A stretch of DNA of 35,325 nucleotides from a virus. The position numbers were made by a program, and so were the translations under genes. The stretch lies in the IMG/VR virus record IMGVR_UViG_3300045988_166883, positions 1-35,325 of that record; one strand, given 5' to 3'. Positions 18,560-27,689 of the stretch are shown here, piece by piece. Under the pieces are notes generated by a model. The model was not told the DNA's origin. It saw only the letters and a program-made list of their open reading frames with translations, and did not search any database. Each line of letters begins with the position of its first letter. The stretch's first letter is position 1.

Positions 18560-19334
18560 CAGCCTCCAAGAACGACAATTCGACAGTGGAGACAGCTCCT
18601 ATCGAGGACTGCTGAACCAATTGGGAAAGCACCATCCTCTTCCTTGCTGTAATTCCGTTTCCATAGTCGATTGCCATATTGAACACGCCATCTTTTGCAG
18701 GATTGTTGCTTGACAAATTCCATATGGTGAAACATTTGCGTACGAATGTGGAGGTCATATCGGCATAGACTTTCATAGACAATGTTTTCGTGTAGTATGC
18801 GATTCTTGACTTGGATGTGCCTGTAGTACCCAAGACCACGGGATCGTTGCTTCCAGCCAAGCCTACCGAGCTTTGCAACACGAACAAATCCTCACCATCG
18901 GCACTTATGGAAGGATTGCTTATGCCAGGCGATATAACGAACGATGCCTCGGTGGAAATCTCGGTTCTGTATGAGTCCTCATGACTTACGAACTTCTCGG
19001 AAAGATAAGGAGTGCTGAACACGGAATATCCGCCTATGCTCAAAGGCTTGAGCATATGCTCGCTCACTACCATACGGATGATTTCCAATGCCTTGGTGAA
19101 GTCATCCTTCTCCGAAAGCAAGCTTATGGATGTCTCAAGCACTGTGGCTTTCGTATCCGTGTTGCTCGACTTGAAATGCACGGATAGGAATATCTTGTTG
19201 TCATCCTCATCGCTTGTAGCATCGGCGAACGCACGCTCATCGAATACCTCGACACTAAGCTCTGGATGCATCCTGTGTGCGACATCCTTCACCCAGGTGA
19301 ATATCAGCCCCATTGTCTCGTTCTCATATGCCAT
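18543..19334 (-). CDS. tail structural protein (possible distal-tail/Dit-like, 263 aa)
   Basis: ATG 19334 with SD AGGAGGA; size and position before the Tal-like gene suggest Dit, but no motif-level support. Confidence 0.4.
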   Translation of the reverse strand: MAYENETMGLIFTWVKDVAHRMHPELSVEVFDERAFADATSDEDDNKIFLSVHFKSSNTDTKATVLETSISLLSEKDDFTKALEIIRMVVSEHMLKPLSIGGYSVFSTPYLSEKFVSHEDSYRTEISTEASFVISPGISNPSISADGEDLFVLQSSVGLAGSNDPVVLGTTGTSKSRIAYYTKTLSMKVYADMTSTFVRKCFTIWNLSSNNPAKDGVFNMAIDYGNGITARKRMVLSQLVQQSSIGAVSTVELSFLEADEDVQ

Positions 19335-19347
19335 AATCCAAATCCTC

Positions 19348-19947
19348 CTATCTGGCTGTCAGATTCTCTATATGCAGACTGTGTTCCTCAGCCCACTTCA
19401 CAACACCATCGACTATGAAATTGTCCACATAGCCTTTCCAGTTGCCTACATATACCCTGCAGGCTATCTCCTCGCCATATCCAGTGTACTTGCCAGTGAC
19501 TTTGCTCTTACGCTGCCTCTGCCTCTTCACCGCTATCACACTGCCCCTCTCATCCAACTCGGATGCATAGGACTTCGAGCTGTCGAACTTCAGCTCATCG
19601 CCCTTGAGGAATCCAATCATATTGTACTTCGGTGCGGAGATCTGTATTGTCTGCCCCTTGGCGACTATCGATTTCGCTATGTATGAATTGTCGTGTGCCA
19701 TAGTGAAACCCTTCCTCATCGTATCGGCTATCTCGCTTGCAAGCTCGTTCAGCGGTGGAAATCCGAACTTCTCCCAAGCCTTGGAATAGTGTCTCTGTAC
19801 GAGTACTTCCTTGTCTACCTTGAACTTCCCAGAGGCGAACGAATCATTGCCATAGCTTATCGATACATCCTGATATCCGCCCTTGTACTTCTCGCCATAG
19901 CTTGTGCTGAAGTTTCCCTCGGTGTATGTCTTAGATTCCTTAGCCAT
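19348..19947 (-). CDS. virion structural protein (199 aa; possible major tail/tube protein)
   Basis: ATG 19947; in the structural operon downstream of the capsid gene. Confidence 0.4.
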   Translation of the reverse strand: MAKESKTYTEGNFSTSYGEKYKGGYQDVSISYGNDSFASGKFKVDKEVLVQRHYSKAWEKFGFPPLNELASEIADTMRKGFTMAHDNSYIAKSIVAKGQTIQISAPKYNMIGFLKGDELKFDSSKSYASELDERGSVIAVKRQRQRKSKVTGKYTGYGEEIACRVYVGNWKGYVDNFIVDGVVKWAEEHSLHIENLTAR

Positions 19948-19952
19948 AATGG

Positions 19953-20321
19953 TTAGCCTCTAAGCGTTATGTATGTGTCGCAAGTCCTAAACTTATCATA
20001 TCTTCCTTTGAACTTGCTCTTAGCCAAGTCTTGAGAAATCGACACAACGATGTATGTCATCCCAGTCGATGTCCGAATCATCTTGTCGTTTATCTCGACA
20101 TCGGTTCTGTCTGGTGTCTTTATCACAAGGGTATGAAGCACTGTCTGGAATGTGCCATCAACCATATCAGGCTCGCTCTCGACACTCCTGTATATCTTCG
20201 CCTTGATGTAGAAATCGACTTCCTTGTTCCATTTCAGCCTCGCACCCCTTACATTTTTCTTGTCCTGCTTGTGAACCTCGAAAAGCTCATTGTACGCATT
20301 GTAGTTTTGTCTCAAGTCCAT
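19953..20321 (-). CDS. head-tail joining/structural protein (122 aa)
   Basis: ATG 20321 with GGAGG 10 nt upstream. Confidence 0.45.
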   Translation of the reverse strand: MDLRQNYNAYNELFEVHKQDKKNVRGARLKWNKEVDFYIKAKIYRSVESEPDMVDGTFQTVLHTLVIKTPDRTDVEINDKMIRTSTGMTYIVVSISQDLAKSKFKGRYDKFRTCDTYITLRG

Positions 20322-20324
20322 AGG

Positions 20325-20897
20325 CTAGAACCTCCACCAGAAAGAATAGAACCCCATTCCAGAATTGAGACTTCTAGTCCACAGTCCTGCAAGCTCAAGC
20401 TCACGCTGGCACTCTATGCCTATTTCACGCTGTCTTATGTCGTTCTTGCTCAATATCGGGTATCCATCATCGTTCAAGCCCATGCTCTCGGTTATCGCAG
20501 TGTTGCTGAATATGTAGAGTACCTGTTCTATCACAGCAAGCTTGTAGTGGTATCTCTGGTTGTCCGAGGGCTTGGAATAGAACTTCCCTATGTTGCCCGA
20601 GAAATGCGTGTCTATGTAGTTGTTGAGTCTTCTCTGGATACGCTCTATGAACGCCTGTGCTGCTGCGTGAGAGTCTCCATCGACCATATTCCCCTCGACC
20701 AAACGGAACACGAGGTTTATGCCAGTGTACTGCTGAAACTCCTCGGGCGATACGAGAAGTCGGTTCAAGTCCATTCCGTTCGGAGTCCTCACATCGGTCT
20801 TCTTGATAAATGTGGCATCAGCTCCCTTGACTGTATATACTGTCCTGTCATCTATCTCGTTCTCAGCTCCGCCAAATGTCTTTATGTCTTCAACCAT
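20325..20897 (-). CDS. head-tail connector/structural protein (190 aa)
   Basis: ORF-track 20325..21044 is a TTG-initiated extension running through a terminator hairpin; ATG 20897 (MVEDIKTFGG...) has ACGGAGGA upstream. Confidence 0.5.
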   Translation of the reverse strand: MVEDIKTFGGAENEIDDRTVYTVKGADATFIKKTDVRTPNGMDLNRLLVSPEEFQQYTGINLVFRLVEGNMVDGDSHAAAQAFIERIQRRLNNYIDTHFSGNIGKFYSKPSDNQRYHYKLAVIEQVLYIFSNTAITESMGLNDDGYPILSKNDIRQREIGIECQRELELAGLWTRSLNSGMGFYSFWWRF

Positions 20898-20930
20898 CTT
20901 TCTAATCCTCCGTATGTATGAAATTATTAT

Positions 20931-20969
20931 AAAACAAAAAAGCTCCTTATTTCTCGTTATAAGGAGCTT
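20931..20969 (-). terminator. strong intrinsic terminator 43 nt upstream of the 20897 start codon
   Basis: Minus strand: AAGCTCCTTAT aacgagaa ATAAGGAGCTT (11-bp perfect stem) followed by TTTTTTGTTTT. Confidence 0.65.
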
Positions 20970-21151
20970 GACTAAGGATTTTTTACATGCATATGCCACT
21001 CGGAAGAAGACTCTATCGTTTACAAGTGGTGGCATATCACGCAAGAGGTATCAGAAAGGTATCCGAAAGGAGTAATGACTATTCAAGAACTTATCATTCA
21101 TTTTTATGAAAGAAAGGATGATACCTCACTGCTCTATATTACCACTAGCAA

Positions 21152-21218
21152 ATAAAAAAATCCATACTTCTCACCACAAAAAGTATGGACTTGCACATTT
21201 TGAGGTTTTATCCCCACG
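21152..21218 (-). ncRNA. candidate ~65-nt small RNA (promoter to first terminator in the capsid-to-connector leader)
   Basis: Begins just downstream of the TTGACT...TATATT promoter and ends at hairpin TCCATACTT-11 nt-AAGTATGGA plus a U-run (minus strand, 21161-21189 then T-tract); no ORF inside. Confidence 0.35.
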
Positions 21219-21224
21219 CACACT

Positions 21225-21251
21225 AATATACTACTTTTATAAAATTAGTCA
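21225..21251 (-). promoter_or_regulatory. sigma70-type promoter (TTGACT - 15/16 - TATATT)
   Basis: Minus strand: TTGACT AATTTATAAAAGTAG TATATT; ATTTTATAAA-type spacer. Confidence 0.5.
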
Positions 21252-21260
21252 AGTGCTTTT

Positions 21261-21300
21261 TATAAAATAAAAATGCCTTGTGCTTTTTGCACACAAGGCA
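21261..21300 (-). terminator. intrinsic terminator after the major capsid gene
   Basis: Minus strand: GTGCCTTGTGTGC aaaaa GCACAAGGCA followed by TTTTTATTTTAT. Confidence 0.55.
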
Positions 21301-21355
21301 CGAAAATTAGGTAAGTTGGACATTAGGACACTGAATATCCAACGCTCTAATTATA

Positions 21356-22618
21356 CTACTTCTTGTTGACAGCTACTGCACCATCGGTCTTGGCGATAAT
21401 CAATCCGTTGGAATCACATCCGAAGAATCTCAAGTTGCTTCCAGTCGCAGGGATATCATCGCCGATGGGCTTAATCTTGTCGCTAGAAAGTTTGACACCA
21501 TAGTTGTGGTCGACAGTATCGAATCCGATCTTGGTCACAAGCAAGTTTCCAGGCAAAGCCGAGAAGGACTCGACTGCGGTTGTTCCAGCTGCAGAACCAG
21601 CCTTGGTGGCAACGAACAATCTGCCAGCTGAGGATACCTTCAAAGTTTTACCCAATGATACGAAGAGTCCAGGTACTTTGTTGTCGGGTACATAGATTCC
21701 GTGATAGAGATGGTAGTCTACTGCCCATCCATCGAATCCGAGATGTACGCTGTCGGAATCATAGACATGCATTCTGCCCAAGATGTCGAAAATCAATGTG
21801 GTGTCGGCGGATACTATCATATAGTTGATGGACTTTGCTCCATCGGCAGGTGCATATCCGTTGTCGGTAAGTGTAATTTTGTTGAAGAATCTTCTTGCAG
21901 GGACTTTAATCAAAGGTCTTCCAAGGAATGTATCAATCTTGACTTTGAGTCCACCATAGTCGATTTCGGAGACTCCCAAATAACGAGTAATCTTGTTGGA
22001 ATTGACAAGCAAGTTGTGAATCTCGGGATTCACGAAGATGACTTGTTTCTCCTCGGGTACGCCCATATCGAAGAGCTTGGCAAGGGCATTACTGAGCAAT
22101 GTGAAGATGTCTTGGTCTCCACCATCGGCGGTAGGTGTCTCGGTGACCAAGTTTCCATAGGACAAGTTGGCACGGGATGCAAGATATGCGAAACGGAATG
22201 CATCGACCTCGGGTACGACTGATTCACGAGGGAACTGTGATACAACATAGGTCAAAAGCAAATCATCGATTTTCTTTCCTTCTACACGGTCGATTTGGAA
22301 CTCGACACCACGGTTGCATTGAAGATTGAATTCCTCGAACTCAAGCCTGGCATCATTTCTCTTGTATCCATCACCGCCAGTGGTTTGATAATGTACATAG
22401 TCGGCTGCAGGTGTGAATTGATTTACAGCCTTGTAGTTTGCAAGTCCGCCTGAAGAACCCTTAGGCAACTTGATGACTCCTGCTCTGTTGAAATCTGGCT
22501 CAATTGTTGCATATGCTTCAGGTGCATACTCTCTCAAGATATCGGTCTTGGACTCGTGTACGAACACTGTATCCAATGCTTTCTGATATAGCTTGATGGT
22601 CTCATTTGAAATGTTCAT
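21356..22618 (-). CDS. major capsid protein (HK97-fold type, 420 aa)
   Basis: Size, position immediately after the scaffold gene, own terminator; ATG 22618. Confidence 0.7.
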   Translation of the reverse strand: MNISNETIKLYQKALDTVFVHESKTDILREYAPEAYATIEPDFNRAGVIKLPKGSSGGLANYKAVNQFTPAADYVHYQTTGGDGYKRNDARLEFEEFNLQCNRGVEFQIDRVEGKKIDDLLLTYVVSQFPRESVVPEVDAFRFAYLASRANLSYGNLVTETPTADGGDQDIFTLLSNALAKLFDMGVPEEKQVIFVNPEIHNLLVNSNKITRYLGVSEIDYGGLKVKIDTFLGRPLIKVPARRFFNKITLTDNGYAPADGAKSINYMIVSADTTLIFDILGRMHVYDSDSVHLGFDGWAVDYHLYHGIYVPDNKVPGLFVSLGKTLKVSSAGRLFVATKAGSAAGTTAVESFSALPGNLLVTKIGFDTVDHNYGVKLSSDKIKPIGDDIPATGSNLRFFGCDSNGLIIAKTDGAVAVNKK

Positions 22619-22654
22619 AATCTATCTATATCCCCCTAAAGATGAACATACTGC

Positions 22655-23272
22655 TTAGCCTATCAGCTTGGTATATCCCAATGCCTCGGCTATTCTGCTC
22701 TCATTGTCTCTTCTCGAATCTGCCTCGGTAGTTCCTTTTATGCTGGAACCCACCTCGGGAACAACTACCTTGGAAACCCATTCGGGATGTGTCTTGACAG
22801 CCTCGGCTAATGCCGATGCACTGAACTCCGTGCCAGTTCCCTTGAACCATATGTCGACATCCTTCACACGATCTGGATTGATGTGGCTGTCCTTGAGGGC
22901 TGTGTCCTTCTCAATCTGCTTGAGCTTGGTCTCGGTCTCGGCTAGCTTGGAACTGGACTCGCTCAATTTCTGCTCGAACTCATCCGCATTCTTCGCACCA
23001 AGCTTTGCATACACCTTGCCCAATCGGCTTTGGATTATGCTGTCAAGCTCGGCTTGTGTGAATGTCTTCTCGGCTGTGGTCTTCTCGGCTTGTGTGGATT
23101 TCTCCTCGACTGCTGAAGTCTCGACTGCTGATTTCTCGGCGGTTTGCTCGGGCTTGGCATCCTGCTGTTCCACAGAACCGCCCTTGTCGGCATTCTCATC
23201 GGTCTTCGGTGTCTCGGTCTTCTCCTCGGCTGTCGGCTCTTCCTTCTTGATTTCTAAGTTTTTAATAAACAT
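22655..23272 (-). CDS. capsid scaffolding protein (205 aa)
   Basis: Glu/Lys/Ala/Thr-rich, low-complexity coiled-coil composition (…EKTETPKTDENADKGG…AEKTTAEKT…); lies between the gp7-like and capsid genes. Confidence 0.65.
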   Translation of the reverse strand: MFIKNLEIKKEEPTAEEKTETPKTDENADKGGSVEQQDAKPEQTAEKSAVETSAVEEKSTQAEKTTAEKTFTQAELDSIIQSRLGKVYAKLGAKNADEFEQKLSESSSKLAETETKLKQIEKDTALKDSHINPDRVKDVDIWFKGTGTEFSASALAEAVKTHPEWVSKVVVPEVGSSIKGTTEADSRRDNESRIAEALGYTKLIG

Positions 23273-23304
23273 TTGAACTGTATCCTCGTTTCTTAGTGAT
23301 TTTT

Positions 23305-23333
23305 ATTATACAACATTTTTTATAAAGCACCTT
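23305..23333 (-). promoter_or_regulatory. putative promoter upstream of scaffold/capsid genes (perfect -10 TATAAT, poor -35)
   Basis: Minus strand: TTTATAAAAAATGTTG TATAAT with the conserved spacer motif; -35 region AGGTGC is weak. Confidence 0.35.
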
Positions 23334-24207
23334 ATAGGCTATACGAAAGCAAAAGCTTGTCCTTCTCAATCAGTCCTGCAAGCTCAGCACTCGGTCGCAT
23401 CTTGAATGCACGCATATGGAAGTACAGCCTGTTCCTGTATGCCTCCTGCCTTATCTCCTTGGGTGTCCTAGGTGGCAATGTCTGGAACGAGCCTCGCCTT
23501 CCCTCATCGTATCGCATATGAAGCTCGCTCAATGCGGTGTTCGGGTCTGTCTTCATCACATAGTCCATCGGCAACGATGTCATATAGTGTCGGCAGTTCG
23601 GTCTCGTAATCATATACACTGGGCTGTCTATAACCCACTGATAGCTTTTGAGACCTTTGATTCTTGCATACTCGAGTACATCCCTCGGTGCGTTCTCATC
23701 GACATAATACTTTCCTTGGTAGTCCTTGTGTCCTACAGCTGGGTCTCCGTGCGTTGAACACAGCCATATGTATCGGTGGCTGTATCTCGCATCATCCAGC
23801 GTACGCTTCACCGCCTCCTGCCTCTTCTCGCCATCATAGTGCTGTGATGCATCCCACACCATAGCCATTCCGTTCTGATAGCATTCGGTGGCTATCCTAA
23901 GCCTTTCCCTGTCATTCAACGAGCTGAGATTCCTACCGCCTATGATTCTCTCGAAACGATGCGGAAGTGTAGACACGAGCTTAGGGATGAACAAGCCCAT
24001 CCCTATAGCCGAAATCCCAACGAATCCATAGCCCTTACGCTCGAATCCGTAATAGACATTCCTGTCTATCGGCTTGTCATCCACAAGGTCTATCTGCCAA
24101 GGCTCGCCACTGTAGAGTCCTCGGAACGCCTCATAGCGTATCCTCGAAATCAGATCGTCATTGCTTGTCCTTGTGGCGTATGTCATCGCCGACATCTCCG
24201 CCACCAT
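23332..24207 (-). CDS. minor head morphogenesis protein (SPP1 gp7 / Mu F-like), 291 aa
   Basis: ORF-track 23332..24276 trimmed to ATG 24207 (MVAEMSAMTYATR...); follows the portal gene as in SPP1-type head modules. Confidence 0.55.
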   Translation of the reverse strand: MVAEMSAMTYATRTSNDDLISRIRYEAFRGLYSGEPWQIDLVDDKPIDRNVYYGFERKGYGFVGISAIGMGLFIPKLVSTLPHRFERIIGGRNLSSLNDRERLRIATECYQNGMAMVWDASQHYDGEKRQEAVKRTLDDARYSHRYIWLCSTHGDPAVGHKDYQGKYYVDENAPRDVLEYARIKGLKSYQWVIDSPVYMITRPNCRHYMTSLPMDYVMKTDPNTALSELHMRYDEGRRGSFQTLPPRTPKEIRQEAYRNRLYFHMRAFKMRPSAELAGLIEKDKLLLSYSL

Positions 24208-25858
24208 CGTTCTTGCCCTTCTTAGAAACGCCCTCTTGCTTTCCGCTGTCCTTCGCAACGCTGTCGCTAATTCCATTCCTCAAGACCTCTTCTATGTTCT
24301 CGACATTGTTTCCCTCGTACACCGCAGGTGCAAGCAATGCCTCGTGTCTTGCCTGCTCGAGTCTCTCCTTCTCGGCTTGCTTCTCCTCATCGGTCAACCT
24401 GTCACGCCATAGGTTCTCCACATAAAGCTCGGTGGATATCTGACCTGAACTCCAAGCCGAACCAAGCACCTTGAGTTCGGTCTCCAGCGATGGATTTGCG
24501 AACTCTCCGAATCTTACCTCGACTCTTGTCCTGCCCTTCTCGGCTCTTAGGAAGAAATATCCGTTTCGCTTGTAGTCAGCCATATCCATCAAGTCCGTGA
24601 GGACATTCTCGAGTATGGTCTTCTCATTGGCTACTATGATGTTTCTGGTAAGCGTTGTTATCTTCTCACGCTCTCGGTTCTCCAGAGGCTCGTTCATCCC
24701 TGGATTCAATGTCACGCCCAATGTGGCTACCGACATTATGCCATTGAGGATTTCTATGATTGCACGCCTTCTTGTCTTGTCATACTGGTCTACATCCATA
24801 TGAGGCTGGTCTACCATTATCCCACCGCTCTGGAGTCTCCCATCCCCATTGGGAATCACATCATCGTTCGTGACAACGAAATCCCTGTCGAACTCATCAG
24901 GCTCTACACGCTCGATTTTTGTCTCGTGATTCCCGTATCCATCGGTCACTGGGACTTCGGTGGTTCTTAGCAAGCTCTCGGGTATGTATGTCTGAGGTGT
25001 CGACAATCTTACCGCACGCCCCTCTATGCTCCAAGCCTCATCCACCATATCGAGCAAGTCAAGCTTGCCTTCGCCGATGGAGCGACCATAGAGACCGCCT
25101 CGCTTGTCCATAAGTATCGTTGTGGGAACAGCGAACAGCTTGCCCAACCCCTTGGTCACAGTTGTGGGCTTCAAGCCCTTTGTCTCATCGAGAGTGTCCA
25201 AGCCGACCTCTGTATTTCCACTGTCCTGCCAGTTCACCCAACGATAGAGATGGAAGTCTATATGCAGGTCTCCGCCTCCGTTCTCTCCGCTCCTCGTGAG
25301 ATATCGTTTCTCCACAAGCATATACTTCAAGCCCTTGTCATCCTTGAGATAGTCGATGAAATCAATGCCAGTGATATGCTCGCCCCTTGCATGATATCGA
25401 ACCCTGTCAGCTGTGTAGTAGTCAAGGCTTGGAGTACTCTCGTATGGGCTGGATGAAATCTTGAAACAGCCTGTTCCCTGTGCGAGAGTCAAGGGTATCT
25501 GCTTCTGATTCACGATATGGAAAAGCCCTGTAGATTCCTCCAATTCCTCGGCAAGCTCCTTCTCCTTGCCAACAATGATGGGAGTGCCGACAACATTGGT
25601 AAGCACATCTATGATGTCAGCAAATAGATTGTCGTGCGTTCTTCTGAATGCCTTCTTGGCATTCACAGACCTTGCCCAGAAATACTGCATCCTGTTTCTG
25701 AGATATATCGGATTGCTTGGAAAATATGTATTCATTGACTCGGTGTAGAACTCGAGAAGCTCGCTCGAGTTCCCGTTGTACCAAGTGGTATATTCCATTA
25801 TCTCTCCAAGTCTGAGCATTTCCTCATTGCTCACATACATCCTGTTGTTAGGGTTCAT
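24158..25858 (-). CDS. portal protein (SPP1 gp6-like), ~566 aa
   Basis: ORF-track start 25867 is TTG; ATG 25858 (MNPNNRMYVSNEEM...) has GGAGG 10 nt upstream; size and acidic C-terminal region typical of portals; adjacent to the head module. Confidence 0.7.
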   Translation of the reverse strand: MNPNNRMYVSNEEMLRLGEIMEYTTWYNGNSSELLEFYTESMNTYFPSNPIYLRNRMQYFWARSVNAKKAFRRTHDNLFADIIDVLTNVVGTPIIVGKEKELAEELEESTGLFHIVNQKQIPLTLAQGTGCFKISSSPYESTPSLDYYTADRVRYHARGEHITGIDFIDYLKDDKGLKYMLVEKRYLTRSGENGGGDLHIDFHLYRWVNWQDSGNTEVGLDTLDETKGLKPTTVTKGLGKLFAVPTTILMDKRGGLYGRSIGEGKLDLLDMVDEAWSIEGRAVRLSTPQTYIPESLLRTTEVPVTDGYGNHETKIERVEPDEFDRDFVVTNDDVIPNGDGRLQSGGIMVDQPHMDVDQYDKTRRRAIIEILNGIMSVATLGVTLNPGMNEPLENREREKITTLTRNIIVANEKTILENVLTDLMDMADYKRNGYFFLRAEKGRTRVEVRFGEFANPSLETELKVLGSAWSSGQISTELYVENLWRDRLTDEEKQAEKERLEQARHEALLAPAVYEGNNVENIEEVLRNGISDSVAKDSGKQEGVSKKGKNDGGGDVGDDIRHKDKQ

Positions 25859-26026
25859 TTGTGTCAAACCTCCATATACAAAATATTATAAGGCAAATAA
25901 AAAGAGTTTGGATAAAAATCCAAACTCTAGAACAGCTTGACCTGCACATAATCCACCAGATCGCAATCCTGCTCCTTAGGCACATACAAGCCCTCTATCT
26001 TGTCATCGTAATGATTCGCACCCCTG

Positions 26027-26239
26027 TCACTCATATTTCTTCTTTATTGCCTCCCCTTCCAAATCCACTATCTCGCTAAGGAACACCCTTATGAAATCCT
26101 TGCTTATAAGACTTCGATTTATGCCCCTCTCATTTATTATCTTCTTGACTGGCTCACAGTTCAAGAACCAAAACTGAGTGGGTTTCTTGAAATAGTCTCC
26201 ATACTTGCTTCTATCCATAATTATGTAATCAGCTTTCAA
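26027..26239 (-). pseudogene. TTG-initiated 70-aa frame; with the upstream +1 frame and in-frame stops it looks like a disrupted gene
   Basis: The upstream frame (…MGYDGIDVDCVKTDHTDYVMDLLAEMDKWEKFDEIKQDDSLHKI*) joins this frame after a 1-nt shift; further in-frame TAG and TGA stops upstream. Confidence 0.3.
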
Positions 26240-26681
26240 ATCTTATGCAAGGAATCATCCTGCTTTATCTCATCGAATTTCTCCCATTTATCCATCTCGG
26301 CAAGCAAGTCCATCACATAGTCCGTATGATCTGTCTTCACACAATCGACATCTATTCCATCATAGCCCATCTCTTTCTCGACATCCTTTCTGCTCGAACA
26401 AATTCCATATTCTCATAATCCCTAGTGTCCTCCTATGTACCCAAAACACGCTAATAATTTTCTTATGGTCGCATCATTGAAATAAGTCGCAGTCATATAT
26501 TCGCCCTCAAGACAATCGGAAATATCGTATTTGAGCAACAGTCTCCAATATCTCATTATAGTGTTCCTTGATAGTCTCATCTTACGAGTGCAATAACCAC
26601 GCTTAGCACCTACAAAATCAGTTCGTATGACTATCCGGATTTCTCACAAACTCCTTTATTTCCTCATATCATTATCCCCTC

Positions 26682-27035
26682 TCAATATTCCATATAGTAC
26701 ATCTTCATCTTCAGCTGTCTTCCCCTCTTGTCCGTATTCACAGCATCGAAATCGAATATGAGCATTCCTGTCGCCTCGTGTACAACACCTCTAGACAGCT
26801 TCAACATACTCATTGCACCCAATATGAACGCCATATCCCTCTTGAAATCATCAGCACTGGTGCATTCTCTATCAAATACTTTGGCATCCACATCAATCAC
26901 CTTGGTGCTACTGCCATCCAAGTACCACTTCTTCACAACCACTATCTTCTTCACATTGTTCATCATATAGTCCAAATTGAAACATTTGCTGAAATCACGC
27001 ATCTTCCCTAGCCTCCCTATTGCTTTTACAAACAT
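26682..27035 (-). CDS. hypothetical protein (117 aa; 106 aa from the second Met), possibly a remnant
   Basis: Longest frame in the degenerate block; no recognisable motifs. Confidence 0.3.
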   Translation of the reverse strand: MFVKAIGRLGKMRDFSKCFNLDYMMNNVKKIVVVKKWYLDGSSTKVIDVDAKVFDRECTSADDFKRDMAFILGAMSMLKLSRGVVHEATGMLIFDFDAVNTDKRGRQLKMKMYYMEY

Positions 27036-27563
27036 TTCAGCCGTTTCTTTTTCATAATTTCCCTGATATATTCATCATTCATTTCTTCAAACTCCTTTGG
27101 AATCTCTTCATTTTGCCTCTTCCGCCTCCCACGCAAGCAAACTTCTCCTTGCCTATTTTGCTATAACCAGATCTCTTCATCATCTTCCTTCAAGGAAACG
27201 ACATCCCACTTTATAAACAAAGCCAAAATGTTCCAAACATATATGCCAATCAAAAAAAACTCTTGATATTAAAAGTATCTTTGTCGTCGATTATATAGTT
27301 CTGCTAATCTCCCTCAAAAACATCACATATCTCTCTAAATCTAAACGCTCTTCCAATAGACTCATTCTTTCTATGTTCCACAGTCACGCCGAACAAAGCA
27401 TTCATCCTCTCACAGATATATTCCACAGTCCTTGCCATTGCCACATATAATATGCAGTCTCTCATCATCCCTGTCATTCCAATCTTCCATTTCTGTGTCC
27501 TCCTATATCAAACTAATATTCCTTAACTTAATCTCATCCCTATATGTCCTCCTGACATCTACA

Positions 27564-27591
27564 ATTATACGCTTTTTGTAAAATTATGCAA
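27564..27591 (-). promoter_or_regulatory. sigma70-type promoter (TTGCAT - 16 - TATAAT)
   Basis: Minus strand: TTGCAT AATTTTACAAAAAGCG TATAAT, followed by AGGAGG. Confidence 0.5.
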
Positions 27592-27610
27592 CACATTTTT
27601 ATAAAATTAT

Positions 27611-27634
27611 AAAAAACACGGGTCTCCCCGTGTT
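27611..27634 (-). terminator. intrinsic terminator after terL
   Basis: Minus strand: AACACGGG gaga CCCGTGTT followed by TTTTTT. Confidence 0.65.
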
Positions 27635-27689
27635 ATTCCCAATATCGCCACCCACCCATATCCATTTATGGATACACACAAATTATAAC

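Larger units (their letters stand above)
25868..27560 (-). other. 1.7-kb block with only very short ORFs or pseudo-ORFs between terL and portal (degenerate or accessory region)
   Basis: Downstream of promoter 27564-27591: AGGAGG + MRLS*, AGGAGG + 26-aa ORF (MEDWNDRDDERLHIICGNGKDCGIYL), 33-aa and 34-aa ORFs, a 117-aa ORF (26682..27035), then a frame with in-frame TAG/TGA stops and a +1 shift into the 26027..26239 ORF. No long frame on either strand. Confidence 0.5.

Noticed and set aside
20031-20921. 296-aa plus-strand ORF opposite the structural genes.
   Set aside because: Antisense of well-supported minus-strand genes; no RBS.
20898-21044. N-terminal extensions in the ORF track (for example 20325..21044, 10174..11409, 29195..29860, 24158..25867, 8879..9226).
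   Set aside because: Each extension begins with TTG and lacks an RBS; internal ATGs with strong SD sites were used instead.
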